Source of the DNA: Chiloscyllium plagiosum
Taxonomy: Eukaryota
Direction: 5' to 3'
Assembly (NCBI RefSeq): GCF_004010195.1
Contig: NC_057720.1
Coordinates: 31,022,150 to 31,086,149, forward strand
Length of the DNA: 64,000 bases
Shown in pieces: positions 37,180 to 50,366 of this stretch. The position numbers and the translations under genes are program-made. How positions within the stretch are numbered: position 1 is the stretch's first letter; every line of letters begins with the position of its first letter. The notes under the pieces are model-generated. The model saw only the letters and a list, made by a program, of their open reading frames with translations, made no database searches and was not told the origin of the DNA.

Positions 37180-39654
37180 GTTATCTACTGCCATTGTCTT
37201 CACAAAGTTGGTTTGGAGGGCATCCTGGCCCACTCCAGTTAGAGGAACTCCTTCCTCCTGTACACATTATATAGTCTTCAGTGCCATGTCAGCAAATGTT
37301 GCCCCATCCTCTGTCACATTGTACTATATTTATTCATTATTCCCCAGGCACTTCCAAAACCTCGAGCAACCCCGTTCCACCTTGCCTTTAGGTCATTCAG
37401 ACTGGATTCAAATAATTCAGGGCACCTTGAAATTGCTTATGATACACAAATGTGGACTCTTTTGGAGTTATGCAACCACTGTGCAACAGACTTTGAGCTG
37501 GACTATAAGTTACCATCACTTTAATTTATTGATAGCACCAAATTAGAAGGCTGTCTGCATCCAGAGGAATGAATGGGAATTTATTGGGAAAGTGGCGTTC
37601 ACACCCAGTGGGAACTATTGCTTTTTGCCTCTAATATTCTATTTTCATGAAAATGTCATTTTCCCTAATGCTAACCATGCCCTCAAGAGGGATTGAATTT
37701 CCAATTCATTTTTGGTCCATAAAAATTTACTAAAGAGCAGAAGTAGGAAAGTAAATTTGAGCTTGTTACCTGATTTCTCACAATATCTTGAGTGGTAACA
37801 TTTACAAGCCATTCAATTCTGGCCCACCTAACCCAAACTCATCCCTAGGTTTGAGTGGTGCTGCCAATCCTTCACTTAGAGGGAAGAAGAAAGGAGCAAG
37901 ATTGGAACATGAATGTCTAAACAAAACCTTCAGCCACAGATTGGAATTGATTTATCATATGTTAATAACTTTAAGCAGCCTACAGGATAATAATGACTCA
38001 TAATTTCTGATGAGCAGTTAATCGTTTCTACAGCGGAGCTGGGATTTGCACACAGTTACCCTGAGGGATCCCCTCAGCGGCTCACTCTGAGGGATTGCTT
38101 GGAAAATTGAAGATTCTACTGAACATTTCTCTTGAATTGCTCTCAAGATATTTAAAGCAAGGAGGTTGAAGGGTTCTGCTGCAGTTACGTAAAGAGATAT
38201 TATTAAAAACATAGCTTAACTCCTAATAACTAGACAATTAACTCCCCAATGTGGCTCACACACCTCCTACGACATTCCTGAGATTCTCACCTGACACACC
38301 TTTCTCTACTGTGGAATTCGGCGTCTTCTCCCCCCTCAATGGATCCAAAATCCTCCTCTAACCTCACTGCCTGACATCTTCTACTCTACTCCACCACATC
38401 CCCATTTCCCACACTGCCAGATCAGAAACCACCCTGCTTCCTGCGTCCCCAGGTCCAAATCCCCCAGCACCTGAGACTGTTCTCCCACTGCTGAATCAGA
38501 CTCCTCTCCCCCCTTCACTGAACTTGGCAATGTCTTCTCCCACCTCATCTCTAGGACACAACCCATTCCTTACTATCAGACCCGCCACCACTTCTACCAT
38601 TGCCAATGTAGATACCAGGACCTGACACTCAGCTGGGATCTGTCTCATCACTGGGTTCCAATATGTCTCTGTCTCAGTCGCCCGCTGGATCTGACATTTC
38701 CTGTCCACCCTGATCTAGCCAAAACACTCCCGCACTTACCTGGTCCTGTTGCCCTCTTGCACTGTTGCACAGTACATACTTGCTACCTCGCCACCTGGTA
38801 CTCTGTTTACCTGTCACTCTACCTCCTAATTACTTGGCACCCCACCCACTTACCCACATGACATCCTCTCTATCTGGCACTCTGTCCATTTGGTGCACTC
38901 CTCACCAGGTACCCTACCTACCTGGAATCCTATTCAACTGGCACCTCACCCTAACTCACCTGGAAATCTTACCTCACAGTTACGTTATATACCTACCTTT
39001 TCACAGGTACCATCAAAATACCTTGATTCTGTCTTTTTAGACCTTTCAATCAGAGAATATGGCAACTAACTGCAGTAAAGTAGGTCTGGTTATCCTTCCT
39101 TCTCCAATCTTGCACTACAAGTGATCCACCTGTTTAAAGTATGGCTCCACATTTCTGAAGAAGCCCTGATCAGAAATTCCTCTTTACTGTAAAAGAGGAG
39201 CCAAGTAACAAAACAATGACAGTCGACCTATTCTGCTAAGCTAAATGAATACCATTTCTGATTACAGACAGAAAGGATAAAAATTGGTGGTCAGTCTTCA
39301 TTTTTGATTTTAATGCATTGCAATTAATCATGTAAACTGCATTCAGCACGTTACTGTTTATACTGCTGAACAAAGGAAGCACCAAGTCAGAGGATTTTTG
39401 ATAAATGAAATATTTTGTGACTCTTAAACTATAAGAAATTTGTGCTTGGTTTCTTTTTACAGATAGAAAAGTTTCAATCTAATTACCTCAAAAATCCTGC
39501 CTTATATTAGAATCTAAAATATCATTATGCATTTTACTTGATTCTTTAAAACAAATATATCCCAAATCACAAAAGATGAAGGCACCTTGAAATACAGTCC
39601 AAGTATTATTGTTAATCTAGATTGAGTACAGAGAAGTAATCAATTTTAGTAAAG

Positions 39655-39990
39655 AATCCTTGGGACGTGGGTGTCACTGGCTGAGTCAGTATTTATTGCT
39701 CAGCTCTGATTTCCTTTGGGAAGGTGCAGCTTATTACTTGAATCCTTTTATTCACCATGATATGGGCATCCTGGGTTGGGCCAGCATTTATTGCCCATCC
39801 CTAATTTCCTTTGAGAAGTTGGTGGGAGTTGCCTTTTTGAACTGCTGCATTGTTGGAGTCCGTGAGGCGTAGGCATACATTCAGTGCTGTTAGGAAGAGA
39901 GAACAAGGATTTTAACCCAGTAAAATTGAAGGGATAGTGTTAATATAATTCCAACTCAGTATAGGTCTTGGAGCAGAACTTGTAGCTGGT
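39655..39990 (-). mobile_element. CR1-group family B 3' ends (two consecutive tails)
   Basis: ccagcatttattgcccatccctaatt is reverse-similar to 58385-58415 and 63880-63950. Confidence 0.65.
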
Positions 39991-40559
39991 GGAATTGTGA
40001 CAAATAACACAGCAGGGGATCATTTTCATAAGTCACAAGAGAAGTTGCTAAGGTTGTTACTATATTTAATGAAGATAGATCATGAGCAGTGATCACAATA
40101 TGTGGTACAATGGACAAGTGCAAAAGCATGGAATTGAGATCCTTCCTTTTGAAGTAGTTGACCACACCATCATCCTCCAATATTTTATTCACCAGCAGAG
40201 CATAACTGCTTGGTATCAGAATACCCTCTGCAATAGCTTCTCTTCCTGCACTTGGTTATTTTGTGGGAGGCGTGTTTAAGGCTCAGTAAGGTCATGATCC
40301 CCACCAGGTGGCAGGTAGATTAAACCCTTTAAGAGCCTTGTCAAATATTAATTAAGAAGACTAACTGGGATTTTCCAGTTTTCTGTCCTGCCAGCCAGCT
40401 GCTGGCTTGGAAGAATTATCATAGAGGAGAATATCTTTATTTTTTTCTCTGCCCATAGTTTTATTGCTGCCTAGGAACAATTTATTCACATTTTTTGAAC
40501 ATTTAGCTATCTAGTCCTGCATATAAGTATTATTTTTGGCAAAAGCTTGATTTTAACAC

Positions 40560-41030
40560 AAAAAAAACTGCAGATGCAGAAAGTCAGAAATAAAAACAGA
40601 ATTTGCTGGGAAAACTCAACAGGTCTGGCAGCATTTGTGGAGAGAAAGCAGTGCCCAAGCACATTTTCCCATGTCCTTACCCAATCCCCACACACCAGGC
40701 ACTGTCATCACATGGGCTACTATCATAACTAACCCATTGACACCTAGTCTCTGTCCCCATTAGCAGCTATAGACTCCCACAGGCTAACCTTTACAGATTC
40801 ATTTCCCTTTCTCTTTCCAAATGTTGTTCTCTCTGTCAGGCTTCACCTCCATCCATTGTTTACTCTTTCTTCCTGTCCCACTCCATCTACAGTATAAATC
40901 CCAACCTTTTCCTAACTACAATCATTTCTGAGAAAGGGTCACTTTTAGACCTGAAACATTAACTCTGCTTTCTCTCCACAGATGCTGCCGGACCTACTCA
41001 GTTTTCCCACCAATTTCTGTTTTTGTTTGA
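40560..41030 (+). mobile_element. Penelope-like fragment with inverted terminal arms
   Basis: 40590-40651 is an imperfect reverse complement of 40966-41028; decayed hammerhead core near 40928-40962. Confidence 0.78.
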
Positions 41031-41039
41031 ATTTGATTT

Positions 41040-41410
41040 TAATTTTGTCCTTGTTTTCATGTTTTCACATTCATCCGTGGCCTCACTCTTCCCCATCTTG
41101 ACTTCCTTCAACCATATAACCTTCCAAGATCTCTGGCCTTTTGAGCATTACCAATGTTAATTGATTCAACATTGTTGGGTGCACCTTCAGTTGCCCAGAC
41201 ATTAAAGACTGGAATTTCCTACCTTTACCTTTTCATTTCTGTCGCTCACTTTCCACCTTTTAGGATACTCCTTAAAAGTTATCTGTGTCCATGGTTTTGA
41301 TCATCTGCCTCAATGTCTTCTTATTGCCTTAGTGTCATATTTTACCTTACAATGTTTCTGTGAAACACTTTGGGCATTTTACTTTGTTACAGATGCTTTT
41401 GTGCAATATA
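41040..41410 (+). mobile_element. L2-type LINE 3' end
   Basis: …ccttcagttgcc…tggaatttcct…cctt…ctgtgaaacactttgggcattttactttgtta tail. Confidence 0.65.
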
Positions 41411-41569
41411 TTTGAAACTAAAACAGAGAATGCGTTAAATGATAGACTCAACTGCCATGTCAGAGTACTGCTCCTTAGTGTAGGCACATGGACCTGTGAA
41501 GCAAAACTATGAGAAAACCTGCCTTCAATAAGAACAATTGGGAATGGGCAACAAATTCTGATATTAATC

Positions 41570-42330
41570 GGTTGGTAAATTGGGCAGAGCAATGGCAGAT
41601 GGAATTGAATCCCAATAAGTTGATTCTGGGACGTCTAATAAGGAAAGGACATACACGATGAATGGTAGGTCCCCAGGGAGCTTGGTGCACAAGTCCTTAG
41701 ATCCCTGAAGGTCTCAGCACTGATAGACAGGGTACTTGCCTTCATTTGCTGAGGTGTAGAATATAGGAGCAAGGAAGTTTTGTTACAGTTTTATAAAACA
41801 CTAGTTAGGCCATGGATGGATTATTGTGTGCAGTTATGGTTGCTGCAGTGTCAGATTGCAATGGAGAGGATGCAAAAGAAATTCACTACAATGATTCCTG
41901 AGATGAAAGGTCTCAGTAATGAGGAGAAAGTGGATGGATTGGGTTCGTTTTCCCTGGAGCAGCGGAGGTTGAGGGCAAGTCTGATTGAGAAAACAAAATT
42001 ATGAGAGGCATAGGCAGAGTAGATTGTGCCTGACGTGTCTAAGACCAGACGGCAAATGTTTAAGGTGAAGATCAAATGGATTAGAGGAGATCTGAGAAAA
42101 AAAACTCACCCAGTGGGTGGTAGAAATATGGAATATACTGCCTGAGAAGTTGGCGGAGATAGATACTCTCACAACATTTAAGAAGCAACTAGATGAGTAC
42201 TTAAAATACCAGGGCGTATTAAGCTCCGGATCAGGTGCAGGTAAGGGTATTTAGTGTAGTTTGGTGTTTGTTGGTCAACATAAACGTGGAGGGCTGAAGG
42301 GCCTGTTTCTATGCTGTGAGACTTTATGAC
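41570..42330 (+). mobile_element. CR1 3' fragment
   Basis: LQFYKTLVRPWMDYCVQLW, FSLEQRRLRA and 3' UTR. Confidence 0.85.
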
Positions 42331-43325
42331 ACTATGCAGGCCTTGCCAGAAACCCCTACATTGCATGAAAGGGCTAAAAAAATCACTAAATATGAACATC
42401 AACTTATAATAAGGAACTCAGGGGGTTAAGTGATAGCTGAAATAAAATACCTTTTATTAAGATAAAACATACCTATACATGGTCTACTCACAGTTTACAA
42501 TGTCTATGTAGGTCAGTCAGCTTTACAAGCCCCTATTCTGCTGAATAAATACACTGGTATGTGGTATATTGATGTTGAAGTTCATCGTTTCTCAACTAGA
42601 GATTACCAGACCTGGTTGTGTGTGGAAAACAAAGCAGACTTCATTGTACCATACCTACTCTATAAAGTATAATGCCAGACTTTTAGAGAGAATTTAGAAT
42701 AAAAATGAGTAAAGTGTCTTAATAAAAGTTTTTGATATTTTGGAGGAATTCTATCGTGTAAATGTGGAGCTATTGTTTTCATTTTGGAAGAGTCCACAAC
42801 TGGATACCCATAAATTATGAAAACAGTCACTAATAGAATCGAAGAAGGCAATAAGAGGCAACTTGTTTATTCAGGGAGTAATGAGAATATGCAATATGCC
42901 AGAATATGGAGAAGTAGAAGTGAATAACATAGGTACATTTAAGGGAATCCAGATAATTGCAAGACAGAAAATATATCAATGATGTGAGATGAGGTTGTTA
43001 GGTTGAGTAAAAGTTCATGTAGAGCAGCAGAACCAGCATAGATTGTATGGAGTGGAAGGCCTGATTCTGAGCTGTAAATTATGAATTGTGTAGCAGAAGG
43101 AACAAATAAAATTGCAATGATTCTTCCATATGTTTCTCATTACGTGGATCTCATTCACTGCAAGATCCTTGATTAGGGTTGTTATTCTGCAATGAGGAAG
43201 CCCTGACTGACCAATGTAAACAAGGGCACAAAAATACAAAAAAAAAACAAATATATAAGCAGGGGTGCACTTGGATGTTTCCTTTCTTCCTGGTGGTGGA
43301 AAAGAAAAGTAAAAAAGTAAACAGG

Positions 43326-43676
43326 GGTATCTTTGGAGAAGGGACACGTGGTGTCTACCAACTCCCTCGAGCTTTCAGGGAGAGGTGGGCACTGCAGGGA
43401 ATGGAGTGTTTTATAATCCCCATCCAACTCTATTTTGATTTAACCCCTGCCTTCCCTCTCACTGTTTGATCACACAGCATTGCCCTGCTCAGAGGGCAAT
43501 GCTTCACACTGGCCACCTTGGTGTTTTCTTTCTTCCTGGTGGTGGAAATTGAATAAAGATGTGTACACCTGTTGAATTCACTGTGTCTCACACCTGCACA
43601 CCCACAAAATGGGTGCTGAGGAAAAAATATAAGCACCACCGCACTTAGGCGATAGTGTGGGGCTAAAGGGAAAAAA
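43326..43676 (+). mobile_element. Tx1/L1-clade LINE 3' end, copy 1
   Basis: FRERWALQGMECFI ORF2 C-terminus, 3' UTR with aataaa, terminal hairpin and A-rich tail. Confidence 0.75.
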
Positions 43677-43977
43677 TATAACCAGGCGATTTAGAAGCTC
43701 TTCAGTTTAGAGGACTGACTCTGTGCCACAGTCAGTGAGTTACTGCTACTGTTGGTTTCTGCTTTTCTGGGGGAAGCCTGATTCCTGAATTGGCTGAATT
43801 ATTTAGCCAGTTTGTTAACTGGCATTCCTTCTTTATTGAGGACTGATTCCTAAACTTCCTGATCACACAGTCAATGTGTTTCAGGTGTAACTCAGTTCTC
43901 ATTAGGGAACTGTTGTTTCACTGGCTGGTTACAGCCTGTGTATTCTTTTCCTTAAAAAAGAAAAAAATATAAACAGG

Positions 43978-44331
43978 GGTGTCTCCAGAGAAGGAGCATG
44001 TGGTGTCTACCAACTCCATCCAGCTGTTCAGGAAGAGGTGGGCACCGCAGGGAATGGAGTGTTTTATAATCCCCCTCCAACTCTATTTTAATTTAACCCC
44101 TGTCCTCCCCTTCACTGTTTGATCACGCAGCAATACCCTCTGAGAAGGGCACTGCTTGTCACTGGGCACCTTGGTGTTTCCTTTCTTCCTGGTGGTGGAA
44201 ATTGAATAAAGATTTGTACGCCTGTTGAATTCACTGTGTCTCACATCTGCACATTCACAACATGGGGGCTGGGGAAAATATAAGCACTACTGCACTTAGG
44301 CGGTAATGTAGGGGTTTAAAAAAAGAAAAAA
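43978..44331 (+). mobile_element. Tx1/L1-clade LINE 3' end, copy 2
   Basis: VSPEKEHVVSTNSIQLFRKRWAPQGMECFI, 3' UTR and poly(A). Confidence 0.78.
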
Positions 44332-45999
44332 GTATTAGAATTTAGAATCTCCTCAGTTCAGGGGAACTGACTCTGTGCTGGCTGGGCCACAGTCAGTGTG
44401 TTCCTGCTGCTAATGAGGAGGAGAGTTTCTTTGTCTTTTTCTCCTTGTTTAGGGAAGATATCTGTAAAAAGAAAAAAAAATATATATACAGTGGATTTAG
44501 AATCTCCTCTGTTCAGAGGACTGACTCCGAGCTGGCTGGCCACAGTCAATGTACTATGCACAAGTAAATAAAGGGTGACTTGGTGATGGGATATCAGCTT
44601 CTCTGCAGTTAGTTCAGTGGCAGGTTTCCCTACATCCTGAACTTTAGTTGTATGAACTTCAAAGTGTGCAACACGTACAGGATTTTTGCCCAGAAGTCAT
44701 CCTAATCGACAGACTTGGTATTTGGGAGAAATGCACCTCTGAAAAGGTCAGAGCCTCAGGGGAAGCAGCTGCTCATGGAAGTATGGCTGGTTCCAATTCC
44801 TGACCCTTGAGAGTTCCAACTCCCAATTTAAGGGCTAATTCTCTGAGTCTGCATTGGGGTCCTTTGGATCAGGCAATTGGTGGGCCAATCAAGACCACTT
44901 GCAGTGCTAATATGTGTTATCACCTCCCATTAGCTGCAGGGTTTCTCTGAGGCATAGGTACCCCATTTGGACAGGGTTAAAACTACAATCTCTGACTCAT
45001 TATGAATCACTGTATCTCTGCAGTCCATAAATTTGAAATCTGGAAATATCAGTTTTTTGTTTGTTTTGTGATCAGCACCAGACAAATTACAAATTTGCCT
45101 CTCATGGCATTGTAACAAATCACAACATAGAGAGTGTGATACCCTTTATAGTTATTTTAATGGTCCTGGTTGTGTTCTGTTATGGGTCATAGTCAGTATG
45201 TGATAATACCTTTAATACACTTTCTCATGATATCATCACTGTATCATGGCATATGACTTGAAGTTATAAGAATCTCAATCTCACTCTAGGATTACTTAGA
45301 GCATGACATAATACTGGAAGCATTGCAGCTGTGTATAACTTAATAGTTTGAATTTAGTCTACTATGTCTGTGAATGTAATATTTGTACATAATATTAAAC
45401 TGGAATAAATGACCATTGGGTTCTTTAATATCATACTATCCACATAAAGTTTCCTATGTTTTGAGAGCTAATATAAAATTGTTCCATTGGTAAAATATTC
45501 TGATGGAGACAAAATCACATCATAGTGACAGTGGTGACTCTCTTAAGAAAATTTATTCCAATATCCTTGTGGTAGAGGTTTAGAAAACTAACTGAGGACC
45601 ACCAGACATGAGTTTTGGAAACAGCAAATTTAAATAAAAGAACAGTTTCTATGAGGGCAGACAAACATTTACCTCTGTAGATAGAGTACTGACCATCAAG
45701 AAAAAAGAACAAATTTATTTTTGATTAGAATGCATATTTCTATAAAGATTAATTTCTGAATGTTCCTTGCTTTCCATAGACCTCAGCTTTCCAAAATATC
45801 TTTCTATTTACTTTCCTCATATATTCTAGTATTCTGAGGTAAAAATTATCTGAGGTATGTCATGTTCACAAAAAGCAGAACGAAATATATATCCTTTTTA
45901 CCCCACGAGCATACTTTTAGTCATCAGTAAAATATTGGCTGGTGTCATCAACGATACCACCAAGTACTCTTTATGCTGCAATGACCTGCTCAATATGAT

Positions 46000-46480
46000 T
46001 CCATCTGGCAGAAAGATTTCTCCTGATCCTCATTGACTCTGGTTTTGTGGGCACCTTGATGCTATACCCAGTCAAACGCTACTTTGAAAAAGGGCAGTCA
46101 CTATCACCTCACCTTTTGGAGTATAGCTCTGTTGTTCATGTTTGGACTAAAGCTGTATTGCAGTCAACAACTGAGAGGCACTAGCAAAGACAAACCTGAG
46201 CTTCAGTGAGTGGACACTTCCTTTACAAGTGCCTATTGATAGCACTGTGGACAATCCCTTCCATTACTTTCCTAATGAACAAGTGTAGACCGAGAGACTG
46301 ACAGAATTAGCCAGATTGGCTTTGTTCTGCTTTTTGTATACTGGACATGCCTGAGCAACTGTGTACATTATTAAGTAGTTGCCAGTGGTCTGGCTGTATT
46401 TGAACATCTTGGCTAGGTGATAGTTCTGGCATACTCGCCTTTAGTTATATTGCCAGAACTTGGTCAGGGCCTATGGTGTC
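46000..46480 (-). mobile_element. Old CR1-group family B fragment
   Basis: Similar to 23870-24060 (tgtccatggttggaccaag versus gttcatgtttggactaaag). Confidence 0.55.
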
Positions 46481-47465
46481 TAGAATTAAATCCTAACCTT
46501 AATTCCTGACAATCTTAAATTCATATGTTTGCCGTTTTAGAACCTACTGTTAATAATCTGCTTTTAAATTCTGCAACTGTGGTCACCAGCTGCAAGGTGG
46601 AGAGACGGAAATTGGAACTGTACAGTAGAATCATCTCCAAGATGTGGTAAAACTGAATCTATTTTCAAACTTCCGAAATTAAATAAAAAATCTCTTTATC
46701 TAAACCAATGACTAATTGCTATAGATTAATCACAGAGTAAAGGAAGAAAAGTGGTTCTGTAAATAGGCGGATGAGTTAGTCATATATAAGACTTTGACCG
46801 TACCTCCTGTTAGTGTTCATAATGGAAGAATCAGTGCACAAAAAAATTCACCTTGCTCAAGTAGATCATGACATTAATTATTTTACCAGTGCAGACTTAA
46901 ATGACAAGAAAAGTTTAATGTACTTTCAAGACTGGCATTGGAAAAAAGTACGAAGTGTCCGAATGGGCGTAGTTGCACAGAAAGATGCTTGTCCTAAATA
47001 TTGCGCCACCCTATTAGTCATTTGCCTTCGAGTTACATTGCTTAGCACTGAGTCATTTTAAGAAGATTACTGCCAGGACGAATTGTGCCAGTAGATCATT
47101 TTGAGGTAAAACTTCAAACAGCTGTTCAACAATAGCAATAGTTCAGAAGCTAGTGTCCAATGGATTTGAAGGAGTTTATAGCACTATTTGAAAGTTGAGA
47201 GCTCTATGCAGCAACCTTGCTGCTTACAATTTTCTCTCCTCATCAAATGCCCCCATTACTCCCCCAAACTAAAAGCCAGGTTAATTCATCGTATTGGGAT
47301 GAAGCTGTATATGCACAGAATAGTTTAGAAATTAGATGAGGGAGTCCAGTCCAAAAAATATTTATGTATATCTATTGATTTCAACTCTTGTACAAATATT
47401 AAAGCTATTGATTGAGCTTGCACTCTGGGCTCTTGCCAAATGTAAGTTCTGCGTATTTCTGACAA

Positions 47466-49110
47466 TCAATAGACAATAGACAATAGGTGCAGGAGTAGGC
47501 CATTCTACCCTTCGAACCAGCACCACCATTCATTATGATCGTGGCTGCTCATCCTCAATCAGTATCTGTTCCTGCCTTATCCCCATAACTTTTGATTCCA
47601 CTATCCTTAAGAGCTCTAACCAACTCTTTCTTGAAAGTATCCAGAGACTTGGCCTCCACAGCCTTCTGAGGCAGAGCATTCCATACACCCACCACTCTCT
47701 GGGTGAATAAGTTTCTCCTCAACTCTGTTCTAAGTGGCTTACCCCTTATTTTTAAACTGTGTCCTCTGGTTCGAGACTCACCCATCAGCGGAAACATGCT
47801 TCCTGCCTCCAGAGTGTCCAATCCTTTAATAATCTTATACGTCTCAATCAGATCCCCTCTCAGCCTCCTAAACTCAAGCCCAGTCGCTCCAATCTTTCAG
47901 TGTGAGATAGTCCTGCCATTCCGGGAACTGACCTAGTGAACCTACGCTGCACTCCTTCAATAGCCAGAATGTCTTTCCTCAAATTTGGAGACCAAAACTG
48001 CGTACAATATTCCAGGTGGGGTCTCACCAGGGCCCTGTACAGCTGCAGAAGGACCTCTTTGCTTCTATACTCAATTCCTCTTGTTATGAAGGCCAGCATG
48101 CTATTAGCTTTCTTCACTGCCTGCTGTACCTGCATGCTTGCTTTCATTGACTGATGTACAAGAACACCTAGATCTCGTTGTATTACCCCTTTACTTAACT
48201 TGACTCCATTTAGGTAGTAATCTGCCTTCCTGTTCTTGCCATCAAAGTGGATAACTACACATTTATCCACATTAAACTGCATCCCCCATAACAACTGTCG
48301 TAATATCTTTGCAACAGGCCAATTTCAGCTCCTTATTCAACTTACACACTACATCCAGACTACTGTTTGGGGGCCTGTCGATAACTCCCATTAGGGTCTT
48401 TCTACCCATAGAATTTCTCAGCTCTATCCATATTGACTCTACATCCCCCTGATTCTAGGTTCCCCCTGCGCTAGGGACTGAATATCATTTCTTACCAACA
48501 GGGCCACCCCACCCCCTCTGCCAGTCAGTCTGTCCTTACGATAGCACATATAGCCTTGAATATTCATTTCCCAGCCTTGTCCACTTGAAGCCACGATTCA
48601 GTTATCCTCACAACATCGTAACTGCAAATTTCCAAATGAGCCTCAAGCTCATCCACCTTAATTCTAATGCTTCGTGCATTCATATATAATATTTTTAATT
48701 TGTTACTCCCCTCACCCTTCCTATCAATCCCTATTTCACTTGACCCTACGGCATGATCCTTTTTTGAGTTTTCTGTTCGATTGATTCCGTTGTCTTTCTT
48801 GACTTCTCTTGTTCTAACTTTCCCTTTAACTTCCTTCTTAAACTTCCAGTTTGTCCCCTCCCCCCCCCCCGCTATTTAGTTTAAACACAGCTGTGTTGCA
48901 GTGGCAAATATACCTGCCAGAATTCTGGTCCCTCACTTAATAAGGTGCAACCCCTCCCTCTTGTATAATTTATCCTTACCGCTAAACATACCCCAGTGAT
49001 CCAAGAATTAAATCCTTGCTTCCTGCACCAGATCCCTATCCACACATTCAAGTCCATTATCTCTGTTCCTGCCCTCTCCAGCCCAATCAGTTCCAATTGT
49101 TCGGGGGCTG
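47466..49110 (-). mobile_element. Young CR1 with large internal deletion (RT C-terminus joined to APE N-terminus and ORF1 end)
   Basis: (caataga)n tail; intact MQFNVDKCVVIHF…LYRALVRPHLEYCTQFWSP; junction near 48285. Confidence 0.88.
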
Positions 49111-50152
49111 CCAATACGTGCCATTCTGAATAATTTTGAACATTCAAAGTAAATCAATGACATGGTGCAGTGTTCAACATTTGTTATCATTGCACAGTGA
49201 ACAAGCCCAGTAAGTTCCAGGATGCGGTTAATGTGTAAATCCTGAAGTTAAATTAGACCCACTTCTGCTGGTCTGGAGTATCTGTCATTAAGGTGCAGAT
49301 CCAGATGATGGTAATGGGCATTGCGAAAAATTGGGTCAATTGCCTGTGAACAATGAATTATTCTAGCTGATAACATTTCAGGCTGCAACTACTACTTTTT
49401 AAAGAGCATCCTCTCATTTACCAAATACTCAGTGTGGATACCAGCACAAGAACTTGCAAAATACAGTCACAGATAAATGTTTCAACTCTCCTCAAAACTA
49501 AATTATCAGACTTTTAAAATGTACAAATTAACATTTATCAGACTTTTCAAGTTTTAATGTAACTGGCATTATGTCATGGTTTATCAAACATTCTAAATGT
49601 TTCAGTTTGTATTGATTCACATTTTTAAAAAAAAAGCATTAATTTATGATTAGTTAAAAATATTGTAATCAAACTTATCTCATTTGCAAAAATGTGTACA
49701 CATTCCTGATTCTGACTAAACTAATCTGATTTCATACTGTGTTTAAATGACCTTTCATATGATAGATAATGTGACCCGTTTTTTTCACAAATATGGGTGT
49801 GGCTCCACCATATGATTTATATTTTCTGCTCTCATGACAGAAGCCTGGAGGGCCACATTGAAGCCTATACCATGGATGAATTCCCCCTCCTTTGAGTTAT
49901 AATTCTTACCCTATCATTGCCTCAGCTAGTTACTAAATGTGTCTGACGTCAACAGTGAGCACTGTCACCTTGCCACAGACCACAAATTCCAGAGGTCTTG
50001 GCTTTCCAGTTAAAAAAAGACAAATTTTAATCTGTGCTTTTCCATTCATGTTGATTTTGTTCATTGTCTCTTGATTTACATATGAAGTGAGCTCACTAAA
50101 TCAGCACCAATTATCAGCAAGAAATAAATGTATGAGGATAATGCAACCCATT

Positions 50153-50275
50153 ATTCAGAAGGGTCACTGGACTCAAAACATTAACTTTGTTTTCTCTGCA
50201 CAAATGCTGCCAGACCTGCTCATTTTCTCCAATGATTTCTGTTTCCGTGTGTTGCAGATCTCCAGCATGCCCAGT
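50153..50275 (+). mobile_element. PLE pLTR fragment, decayed
   Basis: gaagggtcactggactcaaaacattaac…tgctgccagacctgct. Confidence 0.7.
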
Positions 50276-50366
50276 TTTTTCTTTGATTTTAAAACTACCT
50301 TTCCACCCTCTAGATTAAACCTAGTTCAGAATTCATGATCCATGAGATTTCTCTGTCAGCAATGAA

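Larger units (their letters stand above)
43113..44616 (+). mobile_element. Short solo LTR expanded by stacked poly(A)-tailed insertions at its TATA box
   Basis: 5' half (tgcaatgatt…gtggatctcatt…gccctgactgac) and 3' half (…aataaagggtgacttggtgatgggata…agttca) match the LTRs at 36943 and 55748. Confidence 0.78.

Noticed and set aside
38057..38078. Palindrome ctgagggatcccctcag
   Set aside because: A 7 bp stem is expected by chance in 64 kb.
38220..39040. C-rich strand-skewed tract
   Set aside because: Probably decayed repeat or low-complexity DNA; no unit or family could be supported.
43215..44500. Repeat-spacer pattern resembling a CRISPR array
   Set aside because: The context is eukaryotic, spacers are of very unequal length with poly(A) tails, and there are no cas genes; TSDs explain the pattern.
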